64,000 nucleotides of DNA from Oopsacas minuta (Eukaryota > Animalia > Porifera): NCBI GenBank assembly GCA_024704765.1, contig JAKMXF010000354.1, positions 915,690 to 979,689 of the forward strand, written 5' to 3'. A program made the position numbers and the translations under genes. The first letter of the stretch is position 1; every line of letters begins with the position of its first letter. This document shows, in pieces, positions 60,601-64,000 of this stretch. The notes under the pieces were generated by a model. The model did not search any database and was not told the origin of the DNA. It saw only the letters and a program-made list of their open reading frames with translations.

Positions 60601-63600
60601 GCAGAAAGTCCCTGTATACGCAGCCGGACACTCACAGTCCTCAACTACCAACCCATCAGCTGTCGGGTCTTTCACCAATGTTTCTAATATAAAATACTCC
60701 ATTGAAGTTCTGGCGATACTAGCCTCACTGTAACGAGCTTTAATCCGGAGGGACGTTAGGTTAGCGAGAACTTGGATCAGCTGGGCATATGTAGCTACAG
60801 GGCCGTTAAGGCTACCCACCCTCCAGCTGTTCTCCAGAAGAGGGATGGAGAAAGGAGTACCCGGTCCACTGGAGACCTCACCGGTAAATGAACTCACCAG
60901 CTGATCGGGTAAGAAGCTCCCCTCCATTATGAGATCTGGATGTGGTCCTATGAATGGCAGCTCATCAATAAGATCTTCAGAGAAGACACTCAGCATAATA
61001 TTCTGTCCGTATGACAGACTCCTGTCTCCCAGGAAGGGATCAAATGGTGCTTTCCAATACACCTGTGTAGGGCTAATGATAATAAACGTGATGTATTGAT
61101 TCGTTGCTAACTGTAGATAGAATCCATCTTCTACTAGCCATCCCATATCACACTCGGTTAGAGGGATGTCACTTTGTATCTGACAAATTGAAAAGTCTGA
61201 GGAATATTCAGATAGTATGTACCCCTGGGTCAAATTAGAGCATATATTAGTTTGAGTGAAACACTTACACTCCTCACAGACGGGACCTGTATCCCCCGGG
61301 GTTACGTAGTTACCCTGAGCACATAGGGTACATTTATCACCTGTGAATCCGTTGACGCATGAGCATATACCTTGTTCCGAGCACTGTATAGAGTCTGTAG
61401 TTTGTACTGAGCATTGACAGACCTGACAGCCAGCGGGAGACAACTGGAAATATCCCTCACTGCACTCGGTACATTTCTCTCCAGTAACTCCCGAGCGGCA
61501 ATTACATTGTCCTGAGTTATCACACTCCATCCCTGAGGAGTAATCGCTACATACACACTGTTGACAGCCTAAGTTTGTCAAGTCATAGAAGCCCAGCTGA
61601 CAGGTGTCACAAGCCAAATTTGTTACTCCTGTCTTACACACACACTGACCTGTGGTAGCGTTACAAGGGAGGATAAGTGCTCCCATGACGTCACAGTTAC
61701 AAGCGGTACATCCTTGCGTAGAGATGGAATGGTAGCCAGGAATGCAGCTACTACAATCGCGATTATTAACACCTTCTCTACAGGGACATTGCCCTCCGAG
61801 ATCATTACAAATACCAGAAGATGAGCTGATAGGATCACAATTACAGGGCAGTGCTGATTGATAGAAGTTAGCTAGAAGAGAGAATAGAGTGTCACTACAG
61901 CTGTCAAGTGTTGAGGTGACTGGGTAGAAGCTCTTTACACATTCCTGAACCTCATCTTGTTGCTGGGGAATGAGTAGTGAGTAGATAGGAGATAGAGTGG
62001 GGTCAGGTACGAGTACGAGGGAATCAATCCATAAGGTAGCGTCAGTAGGAGTCAGGGATGTCCTGTATAAGGTCGGAGCTTCCTGGAGACAGGTGGGTAG
62101 GAAAGAAATGTAGGAGTTAGAGTTGTTTAGAACAGCTGATTGAACTCGATTATACACTTCACACCTTTCTAAGTTATCCATAAGAAGAATTTCCATGTTT
62201 ACTGCTCCCGTTTGTAGCGTGAAATAACGAAGAACTGGGATATAATCGAGGAAGCGTGGGACTTCTATAATAAATTCAAGGGTCTGTCCTCTCTCTACTC
62301 TAACTAGTCCCTCCCCTGTGAATAACAGCTGTATATTTAACCCCTCATAACCTGGAACATCTGTCTCCCCAGGGTTTCCTGTCTCTCCTTCAAATAGTAA
62401 GTAATCCGGGGCAGGTAGAAAGTAGCCAGACTCTACTGAATCACATTTACTATCAGTAAAGTTGGGGAGACACATACACTCCCCTGTCAGCTTGTCACAT
62501 ACTGGACTAGAAGCTCCCCCCATGTCACAACCACATACCTGACACCCTTCACTATTCCCTGTAGATAACCCGTAGTAACCATCTTTACAAGTGCCACACT
62601 GAATTCCCTCTGTATTCTGCTTACAGCTACACTGTCCGTTGTCTGACTCACAAGTTATAGATAAACTACCTGCTTCATTACAAGCACATGCCTGACAGCC
62701 GTCTTGTTGTGAGGATAGGTTATAGAAGCCTATCTTACACTGATTACACTGTCTACCAAATACATTAGCCTTACAGAAGCAATCGCCTGTGGAGACCTGA
62801 CACTCCCCGGTATCAGCTGTTCCATCTGGATCACAATTACAGGGCCTACATATATCGGGGTCAGTAAGGAGGAGGATAGCGTCACGGTAGAAGAATGGGA
62901 GACAGGATTCACAGCTGTCGCCTATCGTATTGTCCTGACAGCCCTGACATACTCCAGATCCTATAGAGCTATCATAAACACAGGAGGTAGCATGTGAATA
63001 ACATTGACATTGCTGACAAGCATTATCCTGGATCAGGGTACCAGGGAGATAGGGACCGTTATTGAAGAGAGGGAGACACCGTTGACAATTGTCTCCCTCT
63101 GTATTGTGTCGACATATGCACGTGGATGGTTCAGTGATGTTACACGCGTCTGCATGTCCGTTACAGAAGCAGCTGCCCTGTACGCGCCATTCTGAGACTG
63201 CATGGAAGTATCCTTCATTGATAATACCAACAATTCGATTGAATGAGAGAATTCTTGCACGCAGATTGGTAACCAGGAAGTAACTCAATGCTATAGTACT
63301 ATAATTAGTTATTCCCCCTAATATCCTAGCTGCTGGGGAGAAACTGATCACTCCTCCGGAGTACGGATTTATGTTAGACTGGGTACTGTCACAAACCGAT
63401 GTGGTGCCCAGAGAGCTGTTACTAGGGTCCGGAGAAGAGGGGAGCTGGAAGTCGAATTGACAGTTAGGGGAGTAATATTGGTACACATACCAAGTAGACC
63501 CATAGTCAGTGCTGTACTCTAGAATCATGGATCGAGCACGGGGGCTAAACCAAATAAGAGTGGTCTCTGAGACTAGGAAGGGGGCTGAGAAGTCCAGCTG

Positions 63601-63909
63601 TAGGTTAACAACTATAACGTCATTCCCTGCTTGCCACCAGGTGTTACTATCCCCGTCTATAGCCAGAGAGGATGGGTGTTCACTAGAAGTACAATTATAA
63701 CACTCACTAATGTCCCCTAAAGTAAATCCTATGAGAGGACAGGACAGTTCAGGTCCTGCCTGTCCACAGGTGTTTGTAGCGGAGATAGATGCAGCGTTTA
63801 TTTGTGTGGGTATATTCTGTATAGGAGGGTAGCATCCTGTAGTGCTACTGCAGGCTGTGTTACATAAGGGAAGTAGGGTTAGGAAGAGGAGAGGGATAGA
63901 ATAGTGCAT
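57699..63909 (-). CDS. Laminin chain with beta/gamma hybrid short arm (~2019 aa); exons 63909-59640 and 59488-57699
   Basis: Signal peptide, beta-like LN domain, LE repeats, LF-like domain, LE, L4-like domain, LE, coiled coil ending YETCLS; one phase-1 intron (FGYTG|SPPNCEKC), 6060 nt. Confidence 0.93.
59515..59618. mobile_element. MITE family A in the laminin intron
   Basis: TIR AGTCAACTCCTGTTATAACG / CTTCGATATAACAGAATTGACTG; interior shared with the UBA2 copy. Confidence 0.85.
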
Positions 63910-64000
63910 TTATCTGTGAAGTTTTTGTCTTTTCTATTTGAATGGTATTTAGCTAGTGCAGGATTATTAGTTAGGTATTTACGGATTCTGGTTAGATATA

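Overview
Eukaryotic, AT-rich, very gene-dense animal DNA, not prokaryotic; no CRISPR array, rRNA or intact transposase seen. The metazoan-only genes, ~45-70 bp introns, many intronless conserved genes and a beta/gamma-hybrid laminin suggest a compact sponge genome, glass-sponge/Oopsacas-like (inference, not verified). I resolved 31 protein-coding genes, one tRNA-Val(CAC), about 15 short TA-inserting MITE copies, a 20-bp VNTR and a 22-bp perfect hairpin. The main result is a nested layout the ORF track hides. (1) A STXBP4 gene (+, 130-15639, 5' partial) carries GSKIP, HSBP1, a GPR158-like GPCR, a tRNA, DDX41 and DAW1 in three introns. (2) A 9-exon, ~712-aa gene (-, 31922-39695) encodes Cys/His modules, 20 PMGQMGQV-type repeats, five C-x4-C...C-x3-H fingers and an H-Y-I PARP-type catalytic domain absent from the ORF track; it carries GFER, an apparently catalytically dead LRAT-domain gene, BLOC1S3 and an FBXO30/40-like gene in two introns, two of them on its own strand. 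(3) An EVH1-domain (still life/TIAM-like) gene probably hosts the laminin gene. About 23 of 30 start codons have an acceptor-like AG within 9 nt upstream, and co-oriented genes lie as little as 75 bp apart, which together suggest spliced-leader trans-splicing of operon-like or nested transcripts. All gene models were built by hand from splice signals, frame continuity and remembered protein families; none is validated by RNA-seq or database search.
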